Source: Eledone cirrhosa
Taxonomy: Eukaryota
Assembly (NCBI GenBank): GCA_964016885.1
Contig: OZ024761.1
Coordinates: 25,296,001-25,360,000, forward strand
Direction of reading: 5' to 3'
DNA length: 64,000 nucleotides
Shown here: positions 41,346 through 55,620 of the stretch, piece by piece
How positions within the stretch are numbered: the stretch's first letter is position 1
Layout of the letters: every line of letters starts with the position of its first letter
The notes under the pieces: generated by a model
Databases searched by the model: none
The model's input: the letters and a program-made list of their open reading frames with translations, nothing else
What the model was told of the DNA's origin: nothing
Position numbers and translations under genes: made by a program

Positions 41346-41849
41346 GTTTATATATGTATATATATATAGGAAAAGTGTTAGGACCGCGACGGCTGAGCTC
41401 CGGCCGTTTCTAAACCTAGATCCGAAATGTCGAAACGGTCGGAGCTCAGCCGGTGGGGTTCCTCACTCTTTTCGTATTACCCACTCTACTAACTAAGTAT
41501 TGAGTACTCTGGTGCGTTATGATCCACCTGGTATCTTACCACAGCCTCTTTGTTTATTTATTTATATATCAAAAATTAATATAGTAATTACTTCTACGGG
41601 TGTAGAACTGTTTCGTTCCAAGTAAATCGTTAGGAAAGCCCAGATGATTTCCTTCGAATGAAACAGTTCTAGTCCCGTAAAAGTAACTTCTATATTAATG
41701 TTTGTAGTATATATTCTACTAAGGTATTGAGTACAACTGTGGTTACGCTCGATTAAATCCGTGACACACTCTCTCTCTGTCTCTCTCCCTCTCTCTCGCG
41801 AAACAGCCGTCGAAACGGCTGGAGCTCTGCCGTCGGGGTCATACCTTTT

Positions 41850-41889
<40 letters not shown>

Positions 41890-41967
41890 AATGTATGCAC
41901 ACTTCAACAGCATTCTAATAAATATTGACTGTACAGGTAGTCAAAAACACTTTTTTAGGATGCCCTA

Positions 41968-42007
<40 letters not shown>

Positions 42008-42342
42008 GGTGTAATAAATGTGTGTGCGTGCGTGTATGCATATGGTATGTGTGTGAGTATGAAGTGAATGTGTGTGTGCCTATATATGTACATGTATATT
42101 TACTTTTACGATTCAAGCAACAAAGAAAAAAAAAATCGATAAAACAATACGACTGACACTAAACAATACCATCAGTGAGAAGTGACGAGGTCAAGTTCGA
42201 TTTCTCACTTCACCGCATCAGCTTAAGCTTTTAGTTGGGCCGCTACAGAGAGTGAGGGTCGTCTTTCAAATTCTTTATATTTTGTTCTTCTTATCGTTTA
42301 TTTTCACTTTCAACTACTAGTGTCCTTTTTGTTTGTCTGACG

Positions 42343-42658
42343 CAGTTGGTCTCACACTTTTGGGGCCACCGCCCCTCACCACCCGCGGCCACATATTACC
42401 CTCAGCCCCCCCCCCTATTTCCAGAAAGACCTGCCCACACGGAAATTGTAAATAATATATAATAAATAATACATACATACTATGTATAATTGAATATTAT
42501 ATATTTTACTATATTTATATATATATGTATCATTTGATATTTGATATACTATTATATCATATCCACCATTCACCACCGTCCCGTGAGGCTCCAGTGCCCT
42601 CCTGGGACGTCTCAACGCCCACAGGAGGTGGGGGTAGAACCCACTTTGGGAGCATCTG
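42343..42658. mobile_element. hAT (Charlie-like) MITE
   Basis: Ends CAGTTGGTCTCACACT / CTTTGGGAGCATCTG; degenerate 8-bp flanks gtctgacg/gtttaatg. Confidence 0.5.
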
Positions 42659-43136
42659 GTTTAATGCTGTCTTGGGGTAAACTGCAGCCTGCGAACCCAA
42701 ACCGGCCCGTTTCGCTTCATGAATATCACGTCTAATTTCCAAATTGCCTTGAATGAGTTTAGTGGTGCGTGCGGCCCGTCTTATGCTGAATCACATCTTA
42801 TGCGGTGTACTGCTCGAAAAGGGGTGTTCAGGCCAGACCTAACATAATATCCTACCTGTCAAATTTAGAAGTAAGTGACTGAGCATTCCACGGAATTAAC
42901 GTGTATGTGGTTGCGTATTCCACTGACATGTATAAACGTCTTTGTATTTCTTAAAGAGATTCAACGTGCCACGACGGTGCGTGACAAAGTGTGCAGTATA
43001 TGTGAAATAAAGAGAGTTTCTGAATGTCTCAGGGTCCTGAGCCGACTATGTGTGTAACACACGTCCTCTATATCTCGAGCTGAACAATCTAACGTGAATT
43101 CGTCGCTACACGGATACGAACTCGGGATAGTAATGA

Positions 43137-43640
43137 CCTGTCTCCAACTTAGTCGATACGGCCACAAACCCCGGCTTCGCACCCCGCCTCGCAGAACAAC
43201 GTAAAATAAACAAATACCGGGTTCTGTCCGGCCGCGCCCTCTTCGAACCGGTCGCCATTAAGACCTCAGGCGTAATTGGACCCCGTCTACCGAAGTCCTT
43301 CGCAAAATCTGGGCGTTGGCAGCCCATCTGAGGAGGGAGCCATGCGAGGTTGGGTGGCTGTCAGAGCGGATTCACTGGTCGTCGTCCGGAGGGATGCTTT
43401 TGCCGTCTTGTCAGCGATGCGCAGCACTTCTGCCCTCTTGCCCTAGGCCCAACGTCCAATCACCCTCCCCTTTCATCCCTCCCCTCTCTTCTGCGACACC
43501 AGAGCGATAGCCATCCCCTCCCCATCCCATTCTTTTTTCTTCTTTCTTTCTCTTTTTTTTTCTATATTTCCCTGTTCTTTCTTTACTTTTGTTTCCCCCA
43601 TTTTTTTTCCCTTACAAAATGTTATTTTAAAAATAAACAG
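43137..43640 (+). mobile_element. CRE-like non-LTR retrotransposon 3' fragment (restriction-like endonuclease), frameshifted
   Basis: AEQRKINKYRVL...FEPVAIKTSGVIGP / ..REPCEVGWLSERI / SLVVVRRDAFAVL matches the AE.RK..KY..F.P.A.ET.G..G...RIS.A..RGNA pattern. Confidence 0.7.
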
Positions 43641-43657
43641 CTATGTGTGTATATATA

Positions 43658-43707
<50 letters not shown>

Positions 43708-44261
43708 ATGTTTGACCCCGACAGCAGAGCTGAAGCCGTTTCGACGGCTATTTCAGTCTAGAAATAGCCGTCGAGACAGCTTGAGCTCTGCCGTCGTGGA
43801 TAAACATTTTCCTATTACCCACTCTACTACCCTAAGTATTGAGTACTCTGGTGCGTTATGGTCCATCTGGTTTCTTACTACATCCCCTTCGTTATATATA
43901 TATATATATACTTATACAGAGTAATTGTTTCTACTTTTGGCATACGGCCAGCAATTACGTAGTGTATTACTGGTACTTTATTTTATCGACCCCGTAAGGA
44001 TGTGAGGCAAAGTTAACCTCGGCGGATATTTGAACTCATAATGGCAAGGGTCGTAACTATAGTAATGGCAATGTGTTAGATACAGACGATAACACCAGCT
44101 ACAACTGAAGCAGCAGTACCACTTGCACTACAGCTATTACTAATAGTGATGAAGGAGATGATGTTTATGGTAGTGATGGTGACTATGTTGTTTATTTTAT
44201 GTTGTGGTTTTTCTTGTATTGCTTTATCAGAAAGGACCAGACCTTTCCTCAAACGTTATCA

Positions 44262-45340
44262 CACCACCAACACAAACATCACCACCACCACCACCACCAC
44301 CACTACAATGACCACTAACATCATCAACACCATTCAACACCATTACTGTGACACCAACACCACCACCACCACCACAAACATCACCACCACCACCACCACC
44401 ACTACAATGACCACTAACATCATCAAAACCATTCAACACCATTAATGACACCAACACCACCACCACCAACACAAACATCACCACCACCACTAACACCATC
44501 AACACCACCACCACTACGACCACCACCACCACCACTAACACCAACATCACCAGTAACACCTTCAACACCAACACCACCACTAACACCACCACCACCACCA
44601 CCACCATTAATGACACCAACACCACCACCACTAACACCACCACCACCACCACCACCACTAACACCATCAACACTCCCACCACCACCACCACTGCAACCAA
44701 CACTAACACCAACACCACCACCACTACGACCAGCAACACCACCACAACGACTACTAACATCAACACCACCACCACCACCACCACTGCAACCAACACTAAC
44801 ACCAACACCACCAGTAACACCACCAACAACACCACCACCACCACAACGACCACTAACACCATCAACACCACCACCACTGCAACCAACACTAACACCAACA
44901 CCACCAGTAACACCACCATCGCTACGACCACTAACACCATCAACACCACCACCACCACTAACACCATCCACACTCCCACCACCACTGCAACCAACACTAA
45001 CACCATCAACACCACCACTGCAACCAACACTAACACCATCAACACCACCACTGCAACCAACACCAACACCAGCAACAACACCATCAACACCACCATCGCT
45101 ACGACCACTAATACCATCAACACCACCACCAACACCATCCACACTCCCACCACCACTGCAACCAACACTAACACCATCAACACCACCACTGCAACCAACA
45201 CTAACACCAACACCAGCAACAACACCATCAACACCACCACCGCTACGACCACTAACACCATCAACACCACCGCTACGACCATTAACACCATCAACACCAC
45301 CACCACCACCACTAACACCATCAACACCACGACCACCACA
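44262..45340. repeat. (ACC)n-based low-complexity repeat
   Basis: Seen directly. Confidence 0.9.
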
Positions 45341-45637
45341 CTCACCAGCATAAAGACAAACAAGGATACCCCCCTCCCTCACTACCAACACAGTTATAAC
45401 AACCGTCACACTTGTTGAATGTGAGAATGTGGTTTTGTCAGAGATAGTTGATAGGAGAAGGTTGAGAGTTCGAACAGTCAGGACGGTGATAGCTTGAGAG
45501 AGAGAGAGAGAGCGAGAGAGGGGGAGATAGAGATAGAGAGAGAGAGAGAGAGATAGAGAGAGAGCTAGACTACCTGAAGCCGGTATATCTGTGGGTTACG
45601 TCTGCTGTGTCCGTGTGTCTGTTTGTATGTGTGTAGG

Positions 45638-45676
<39 letters not shown>

Positions 45677-45912
45677 ATGTATGCGTGTGCGTGTACGTGT
45701 GTGTGTGTACGTGTGTGTCTGTGTGTCTGTGTGTGGGTGTGTCTGTGTGTGTACGTACGTGTGTGCGTACGTGTGTACGCGTGTGTACGCGTGCGTGTAC
45801 GCGTGTGTGTACGTGTGCGTGTACGGGTGTGTGTACGCGTGTGTGTACGTGTGTGTGTCTGTGTGTGTATGTGTGTATCTGTGTGTGTGTGTGTGTGTGT
45901 GTGTATATAGTA

Positions 45913-46030
45913 CCATATTTCCCGGCATCGAAGACACTACTTCTTTCCTAAAATAGGTCTCACAAATCTACCATGCGTCCTGGAGACCGTTGTCAAAATT
46001 CGGGTGCGTCCCAGGGGACGGGAAATACGG
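45913..46030. mobile_element. pogo/Tc2-like MITE
   Basis: TA-CCATATTTCCCG / CGGGAAATACGG-TA TIRs. Confidence 0.65.
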
Positions 46031-46879
46031 TATGTTCTTGTGGAGATGCGTTGCACTGTGGTTAATATATTCATCTAACAATCGCAAGGTTGTAAGATCG
46101 ATTTCCGGCGGCGGAATGAGTCCTTAAGCAAGACACTTTATTTCACATTGCTCCAGGCCACTCAGCTGGCAAAAAACTAGTTATACGTGTAGCTCGAAGG
46201 GCCAGCCATGTCACACACAGTGTCACGCTGAATCTCCCCGAGAACTACGTTAAGAGTACATGTGTCTGTGTAATGCTCAGGCACTGGCATGTTAATTTCC
46301 TGAACAGGATATTCCTTTGAACGGATCGAATGGACCTCAGTTCAGTATGTTTTTATCTTATTTTAGTTGGTATGTTTACGCAAGAAGGACACGGCATACT
46401 GTTTTATAAGGGACCTTGCAACTTCCCTACATAGATAAAATTGCGTGTTTGTGTGTGTGTGTGTGTGTGTGTCAGCGCGAGTCTGTGTGTGTGTGTGTGT
46501 GTGTCTGCGCGAGTCTGTGTGTGTGTGTGTGTGTGTGTGTCTGCGCGAGTCTGTGAGTGTGTCTATATACACAGCATTGAAAAACACATATACAATCATA
46601 AAATACAGGCACACTCATATGTGTGTGTGGCTGTGTGTGTGTGTGGCTGTGTGTGTGTGTCCGTGTGTGTGTACCCCGGGTTCAATCGGGGTTAGCAACA
46701 GTAAATAAGCTACTCAATACACAGAGTAACAATATTTAATATAGGAATGGCTTCTACAGGACTAGAACTGTTCCATTCGGGAGAAATCATCATTACATAT
46801 ATATTATATACAATGTCCCCAAAAAAGTATACACACTTTAGCAGCCTTGTAATTAAAATGTGTATACATCTTTTGGGAC

Positions 46880-46950
<71 letters not shown>

Positions 46951-46954
46951 ATGA

Positions 46955-46993
<39 letters not shown>

Positions 46994-47060
46994 CGTTGCT
47001 TAGAGCAGTTTCTTCAAATGGGATCTTAACTATCTCCCGGGCCCTTTGTCGAAGTGTGTG

Positions 47061-47147
<87 letters not shown>

Positions 47148-47391
47148 ATACTTTTGTGTGTCAGTGTGGGATCTGATATAGGAAGGAATCACAGAGAATT
47201 GAAACAGCGGTAGAGACAATCACTTGATAGGAGAGCACAATCCGGCTGTACACCACACGCCCCTGCTCGTACATGTAAGCACTTAAAACTTCATCACAGC
47301 AATCCCGAACGAATATCCATGCATATCGTACTATGCATGCATGTATATGCACACATGCATGCATAGAACGTTAACAACACATATATAAATA

Positions 47392-47487
47392 CAGGGTGTC
47401 CCAAAAAGACATGCACAGTTTAATAACATTCTCATAATTAAGGCCTGTAGAGGTAATCAAAGTGTGTATATCTTTTTTTAGGATGCC

Positions 47488-47490
<3 letters not shown>
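47392..47490. mobile_element. Tiny Tc1/mariner MITE family (also 41885, 46811, 47850, 59746, 62608)
   Basis: CAGGGTGTCCCAAAAA..ATACAC / GTGTATA..TTTTGGGACACCCTG consensus TIRs, TA-rich flanks, 75-110 bp. Confidence 0.7.
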
Positions 47491-47532
<42 letters not shown>

Positions 47533-47563
47533 CCGGTGAGATGAGTGTGAGTTTGTGTGTGTG

Positions 47564-47607
<44 letters not shown>

Positions 47608-48084
47608 TATATATAAAGCATAGCATCAAACATCGGTAACAGGACTTATATATTAATAGCGGTTCCTCAAACAGGTAGACCCTCAGTATATAATCATATA
47701 ATATATATATATATATATATACATAGATATATATATACATACACGCAAATGCATACAGCATATATATATACATACGTTCGTCTACAAACACACAAAACCA
47801 TATATATATATTAAAAGTATTTAAACAGATATACTGCACAAACATAGATGCAGGATGTCAAAAAAAAAAAAAAAAATTATATACACTGTGCAGGCAGTAT
47901 ATAATAGAATGCTGTTGAAGTGTGTATACATTTGTGGGACACTCTGTATATATGTGTATATATATTCATACATACATATCAATATATGCACATATATATG
48001 CATACAAACGCGTGGTGCTTGCATATTTGTACAGCTTTGTTTATATACTTATATATTTCAAAATCTTTCCATATACACCCATAT

Positions 48085-48398
48085 ATATATATATATATAA
48101 ATATATATATATATAAATATATAAATATATATAAATGTATAATATATATTTATATAATTTTTTTATAATTTTTATAAATATAAATATATATATATTTAAA
48201 TATATATATATATAAATATATATATAAATATATATATAAATATATATAAATATATATAAATATATATATAAATATATATATAAATATATATATAAATATA
48301 TATAAATATATAAATAAATATATATATAAATATATATATAAATATATATAAATATATATATAAATAAATATATATAAATATATAAATATATATATATA

Positions 48399-48444
<46 letters not shown>

Positions 48445-48449
48445 TAAAT

Positions 48450-48482
<33 letters not shown>

Positions 48483-48521
48483 AATATATATATATATAAA
48501 TATAAATATATATATATGTAA

Positions 48522-48578
<57 letters not shown>

Positions 48579-48624
48579 AATATATATATAAATATATATA
48601 TAAATATATATAAATATATACATA

Positions 48625-48656
<32 letters not shown>

Positions 48657-48690
48657 CATATAAATATATATATACGTATACGTTATATAC
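48085..48690. repeat. (TA)n/(TAAA) microsatellite
   Basis: Seen directly. Confidence 0.95.
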
Positions 48691-49129
48691 ACATGGTGTG
48701 GTGTTTACTTACCGTGTATTGCAGCTAAGAATCCAATACAGATCGTATACGTATATCCAAAATAGTTGAAACGTGCTATATAAGTCATGTTTGTAGTACC
48801 GTTATGCTGCCTTGCTATATAATAATATAACAATATATATTAATAATAATAACGTATATATATATATATATATATATATATCAGTATATATAAATGTATT
48901 TATATATGTGTGTATATGTAAGAAGTAGTTAGTCGGTGCTTGTTTCGTTCTCTCCTCCGTACTTCTTAATAAAACATCCAATGTTGAGCTTTTTAATTTC
49001 TCTCTTCTCTTCTCTCGTCTATATTCCTCTGTTCGGTTATTCCTTCATTCCTCCCAAACACCATTTCTTCTCTCTTTCTATCTTTCTTTCTTTCACTTTT
49101 GCTCTCGTCCTCACTCTCTCTTTCTCTCT

Positions 49130-49389
49130 CTCTCTTTTCTTAACCACTTTTACCCTCTCCCCCAAACCCGACTCTCTCTCTCTCTCTTTCTATAATACTG
49201 TTATCTCTCTCTCTTTCTCTCTTTTCTTAACCACTTTTACCCTCTCCCCAAACCCGACACACTCTCTCTCTCTTTCTATAATACTGTTATCTCTCTCTCT
49301 TTCTTTTCTTAACCACCTTTTCCCTCTTCCCCAAAGCCGACACTCTCTCTCTACCACACTCTCACTCTCTCTTTCTATAATACCATTAT

Positions 49390-49421
<32 letters not shown>

Positions 49422-49735
49422 TTTCTTATCCACTTTTTCCCTCTCCCCCAAACCCGACTCTCACTCTCTCTAACTCTCTCTTTCTATAATACTGTTATGT
49501 CTCTCTTTCTCTCTTTGTTTCTCTCTCATTTCTTAACCACTTTTTCCCTCTCCCCCAAACCCGACCCTCCCTCTCTCTCTCTTTATTTTCTCTCTTTTCT
49601 TAACCACTTTTCCCCTCTCCCCCAAACACGACCCTCCCTCTCTCTATATATATATTTCTCTCTCTTTTCTTAACCACTTTTTCCCTCTCTCCCAAAGCCG
49701 ACTCTCTCACAGTCTCTCTTTCTGTAATACTGTTT
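49130..49735. repeat. CT-rich tandem repeat with unit TTTTCTTAACCACTTTT.CCCTCTCCCCCAAACCCGAC, about 8 copies
   Basis: Seen directly. Confidence 0.85.
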
Positions 49736-50075
49736 ATTTATCTCTACCCCCTCTCTCTCTCTCTCCCTCTCTCTTTCTATCACTTCTACTCACCTCCTAA
49801 CTCACTCTCTCCTTTTACTTCTTTTCTTACACACATTTTCCCCTCTCCCCACACCCCCTCTCTTTCTCTCTTTTTGTAATCCTGTTTATCTATTTATTTA
49901 CTTATCTATGAATCTCTCTCACCCCAACTCTCTCTCTCTCTCTCTCTGTAATCCTCTTTAGTTCTCTATTTATCTATTCTCTATCTATCTATCTAACTAG
50001 TTCTCTCTGTGTTTCTACCTCACCATCTTTCTCTCTCTCTGTCTCTTGCTGAAACTCACTTGCCCCTACATATAT

Positions 50076-50139
<64 letters not shown>

Positions 50140-50259
50140 TTGTATAATATATATATATATGCATTTATACATATAAATACATATATGCATTTATACATAT
50201 ATGCATTTATACATTTATACATATATGCATTTATACATATATATATATATATGCATTTA

Positions 50260-50296
<37 letters not shown>

Positions 50297-50327
50297 GCAT
50301 TTATATTATATATATATTTATATATGC

Positions 50328-50374
<47 letters not shown>

Positions 50375-50537
50375 ATATATATATGTAATAGAAATCAAAG
50401 AACGCCTAAATACTCATACAATTTTTATTACATATTTATACATATATATATATGAACACACACAGACATATTTATATGTATATATACATATATACATATA
50501 TATATATATAAACACACACAGACACACATATGTATAT

Positions 50538-50576
<39 letters not shown>

Positions 50577-50636
50577 CATACATACATATATATAAACACA
50601 CAGACACACATCTGTATATATACACATTATATATAT

Positions 50637-50930
50637 AAAGTAAAGATGGCGTAGGCATACAAACAACGGGAGGAAATATAATACGACCACTGACGATGTT
50701 GCAGATGTGCAACGAAAGAAATTTGTTAGACTATATATATGTGTTTGTGTCTATATTGTATTTGTATTTTTGACCGTTGGTCAGTCAATGGTAACATTGA
50801 GGACCGAATAAATTAAATTAACCGATATAAAAGACACAGAAGCGAAAACCACTCAAACAGTGAATGTTTTCTGTTATTAATTCTGGCAATATTATTACAC
50901 AAATATGACTCTTCCCAAGTATAACAATAT
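50637..50930 (+). mobile_element. TA-flanked insert family N with partial hammerhead (second copy 52600-52893)
   Basis: CTGACGA-t-gttgca-gatg-tgcaac-GAAA at 50690-50717; tail CCCAAGTATAACAATAT related to the 11942-12363 units. Confidence 0.6.
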
Positions 50931-51066
50931 ATAAATATGTATATATATATATTGTTAACAATATATAATTTATCTGGTGAAAACTTACTAAAGCACCATT
51001 GATAATATTTATAATAAAATATGATACTTTCGTAATGATATTTCCCATTTCTTAATATTTTCAATA

Positions 51067-51132
<66 letters not shown>

Positions 51133-51409
51133 AAAGTTTTATTTAAAATTGTTGGGTTACAACGAATAAATATTTTATAACTGATATAAAGCACTCAACA
51201 AGTTTTGGAGTATTTCTCTCTCCCATATCTCTCTCTATCTCTCTCTGTTTTTCTTTACATACATTTATTCATTCTCTCCGTCTTTCTTTTTTAACTTTGC
51301 TTAAAACTAAATGTTTACAAACATTTCACTACCAAACCAACTTTTTTAAATGGAAGTTGAACAATATTCATGGTACGTCAAATTTATTTATAAAACTGCT
51401 TATATATTG

Positions 51410-51475
51410 TATTTTGTCTGAAGAAGGCATGCCATATTTCTAATATGGTATCCCTGAAATATGTATAATGAAATA
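51410..51475 (+). ncRNA. Hammerhead family A, third copy
   Basis: tattttgt-CTGAAGA-aggcatgccatat...atatggtatccct-GAAA-TATGTA-TA-atgaaata. Confidence 0.8.
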
Positions 51476-51516
51476 AATATGGTTTTATAATTATAGTTTC
51501 CATTTGTTTAATATCG

Positions 51517-51552
<36 letters not shown>

Positions 51553-51891
51553 CTTACATATATATAAACACTTACACACATATGTATATACATATATTTG
51601 TATATATATACAATGAATATATATATGTATATGTATATATGCATATACATATATTTGTATATATATACAATGAATATATATATGTATATGTATATATGCA
51701 TATACATATATTTGTATATATATACAATGAATATATATATGTATATATATATATACATATACATATATTTGTATATATATACATATGTATACATATATGT
51801 ATATATATATATATATACGTATATATACATATATGTGTATATAAATATATCTGTATATATGTATGTATATTTATACATAGATATATATATT

Positions 51892-51934
<43 letters not shown>

Positions 51935-52221
51935 ATATATATATATATGTATATATATGTACACATATGTATATATATACATATGTCTATATATCTATAT
52001 ATATATATATATTTGTATATATATACATATGTATATATATATGTATGTATATATATATACATATGTATATATATATATGTATATATATACATGTTTATAC
52101 ATATATATGTATATATATACATATGTATATATATATACATGTATATAAATATCTATTTGTATATCTATTTGTATATATATATCCATATATAAGATCAAAA
52201 GATGGTTAAAAGAGTTCCATT

Positions 52222-52292
52222 TATATTATTATGCGCATTTCAAAAACAAATATCATCATGCAATAACATTTGCGTTTTCGTCAGATAAAATA
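52222..52292 (-). ncRNA. Hammerhead family C, third copy
   Basis: ttttat-CTGACGA-aaacgcaaatgttat...-GAAA-TGCGCA-TA-ataata. Confidence 0.75.
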
Positions 52293-52354
52293 GGGAGACA
52301 TGATATGAAGGTTAAAACACACTTGTGAATAGTGCAGTTTTAAATCAACATATC

Positions 52355-52405
<51 letters not shown>

Positions 52406-52445
52406 CATATAAATATATATATTTACATATAAATATATATATTTA

Positions 52446-52496
<51 letters not shown>

Positions 52497-52497
52497 T

Positions 52498-52545
<48 letters not shown>

Positions 52546-53068
52546 ACGGCCATGAATATATATACTTATACATATGTAAATAAATATATAAACAGACTAA
52601 ATAAAGATGGCGTAGACATACAATGTAACGGGAGGCAACAATAGCAACACTGACGGTGTTGCAGATGTGCAACAAAAGAACTTTGATAAACTATATATAT
52701 GTGTTTGTGTCTATATTGTATCTGTATTATTTTTGACCGTTGGTCAGTCAATGGCAACATTGAGGACCGAATAAATTAGATTACCGATATAAAAGACAGA
52801 AGCGAAAAGCGAAAACCTACCAAACAGTGAGTGTGTTCTGGTATTAATTCTGGGAAAATTACACCAATACGACCCTCCCCAAGTATAACAATATTTATAT
52901 ATATATATATACATATATATATATGCATATATTTGTATGTACATATATGTATATATATACATACATTTGTATATAAATACATATATATATATGTACATAA
53001 ATACATATATATATATACATATATACATATATATATATACATATATATATATATATGTACATAAATAC

Positions 53069-53172
<104 letters not shown>

Positions 53173-53187
53173 GTATATATATATATA

Positions 53188-53794
53188 TGGTGGCTGCCAA
53201 CTCGTTTTCGTGTACGGCCACTACTTTATATCCATGTAGGAGAACCCCTACCGATGCGCTGAACGAGTGTGACTTTTTAGTCCAGCCAGCGACTTGAAAA
53301 CTCTGGTACAAACACTACACTTGTGACAATTACTGACACAGTGCTGGGCCCATGGTACCATGTGACGACAAGTGCAGAGAGATCTCCAGATATAAAGCAA
53401 TGCCTGTGCCGTGAAGCTTTTATAGTGAGCAAAGGCACTGCACAAAGCCAGTCCCACTCTCCCAACCAAGATGATATTTACCAAAAAGAAGAACAAGTCA
53501 ACATCATTGGATACCATCAGGGTTGCAGGTGTTATATCAGAGTTTTCCTTCTCCTAGAATTCTGCCTTGACAAAGGCTAAGGGGTCATCTCTCTCGGTGA
53601 TTTTGGATGGCCATTGACTCTTAAGAGCTCCTTTGCCATTTGACAGGTTTTGTTTTTAGTCCTGCAGGATGTCCAAAGTCACCCTCCTCACCAAGAAACC
53701 TTGGTGGGGTTGCCAGTTTAGTCGCCAACGACCCGACCATGAGACAGGCTGTACTGGGATACATGTTACCAGTAGCACCAACTGGTGACCTGAC

Positions 53795-53796
<2 letters not shown>
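53188..53796 (-). mobile_element. Internally deleted (bipartite) RTE-like element
   Basis: 3' part encodes a terminal C2H2 finger [22 protein letters not shown]; 5' part is a GC-rich structured UTR-like block; TA-flanked. Confidence 0.55.
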
Positions 53797-53832
<36 letters not shown>

Positions 53833-53893
53833 AATACATATATATATATGTGTACATAAGTCCATATATATATATGTGTACATAAGTCCATAC

Positions 53894-53938
<45 letters not shown>

Positions 53939-53967
53939 AATACATATATATATATGTGTACATAAGT

Positions 53968-54026
<59 letters not shown>

Positions 54027-54064
54027 AATACTTATACATATATACATATATATATATATAAATA

Positions 54065-54102
<38 letters not shown>

Positions 54103-54196
54103 AATACTTATACATATATACATATATATATATATAAATACTTATATATATATATATATATGTATATAAATACTTATACATATATATATATACATT

Positions 54197-54228
<32 letters not shown>

Positions 54229-54342
54229 CATATATATACGTTATTCCGGGTTGAATCGGAGGTAACCACAGTAAGTAAGGTACTCAATACATAGCAGAGT
54301 ATAACAGTTTTAATATAGATGAGATTCTACAGGACTAGAACT

Positions 54343-54393
54343 GGATTCCTGATGATTTCTAATGAATGAAACAGTTCTAGTCCTGTAGAATCT
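54343..54393 (+). ncRNA. Type I hammerhead with canonical CUGAUGA/GAAA core, family U (related inserts 41575-41765, 46675-46795; tail only 3493-3560)
   Basis: ggattc-CTGATGA-t-ttc-taat-gaa-t-GAAA-CAG-ttctagtc-CTG-TA-gaatct; stem I 6 bp, stem III 4 bp, GUA site. Confidence 0.85.
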
Positions 54394-54415
54394 CATCTAT
54401 ATTAAAACTATATAC

Positions 54416-54516
<101 letters not shown>

Positions 54517-54657
54517 CATATATATATACATATATATATACATATATATATACATATATATATATACATATATATATATATACATATATACATATATACA
54601 TATATATATATACATATATATATACATATATATATATACATATATATACATATATAC

Positions 54658-54688
<31 letters not shown>

Positions 54689-54965
54689 CATATATACATA
54701 TATACATATATACACATATACACATATATATATACATATATACATATATACATATATATATATATACATACAAATATATATATATACATATATATATATA
54801 CATACATACATATATATATACATATATATATATATACATACATACATATATATATACATACATATATATATATACATACATACATATATATACATACACA
54901 CATACATATATATATATATATACATACATATATATATATATATATACATACATATATATATATAT

Positions 54966-55075
<110 letters not shown>

Positions 55076-55176
55076 TAATAATACTATAAACAACTATAAA
55101 CAGGAAAGGACAATCATTTCTACTACCTTATTACCAGTAAGTCAAGTAGGAGGTTAATAAAATGTACAAACGTTGA

Positions 55177-55230
55177 TAATGCTCCGATGATACCAAACGA
55201 AAATTTGGAAGAAACGATTGTCAGCTATTA
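55177..55230 (+). ncRNA. Hammerhead with U4C core
   Basis: taatgct-CCGATGA-ta-ccaaa-cgaaaa-tttgg-aa-GAAA-CGATTG-TC-agctatta. Confidence 0.65.
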
Positions 55231-55569
55231 ACTGATTTGAACACAACTTTAATATATATTCTTATATATACACATATATATATACTTATATGCGTATATA
55301 CAAATATATACATTTATATATATATATATATACGCATATAAAGAAATATATACATATATATACATATATGAATATATATATATATACACAAACACATATA
55401 TCCATATATATTCATAAACACATACATATATATACATACATATACACACGCATATATATATATGCATATATATATTTTTATACATATATATATATATATA
55501 TATATGTATGTATCTTTATATATATAGATATATAGATATATATATATATATACATAAATACACACATAC

Positions 55570-55620
<51 letters not shown>

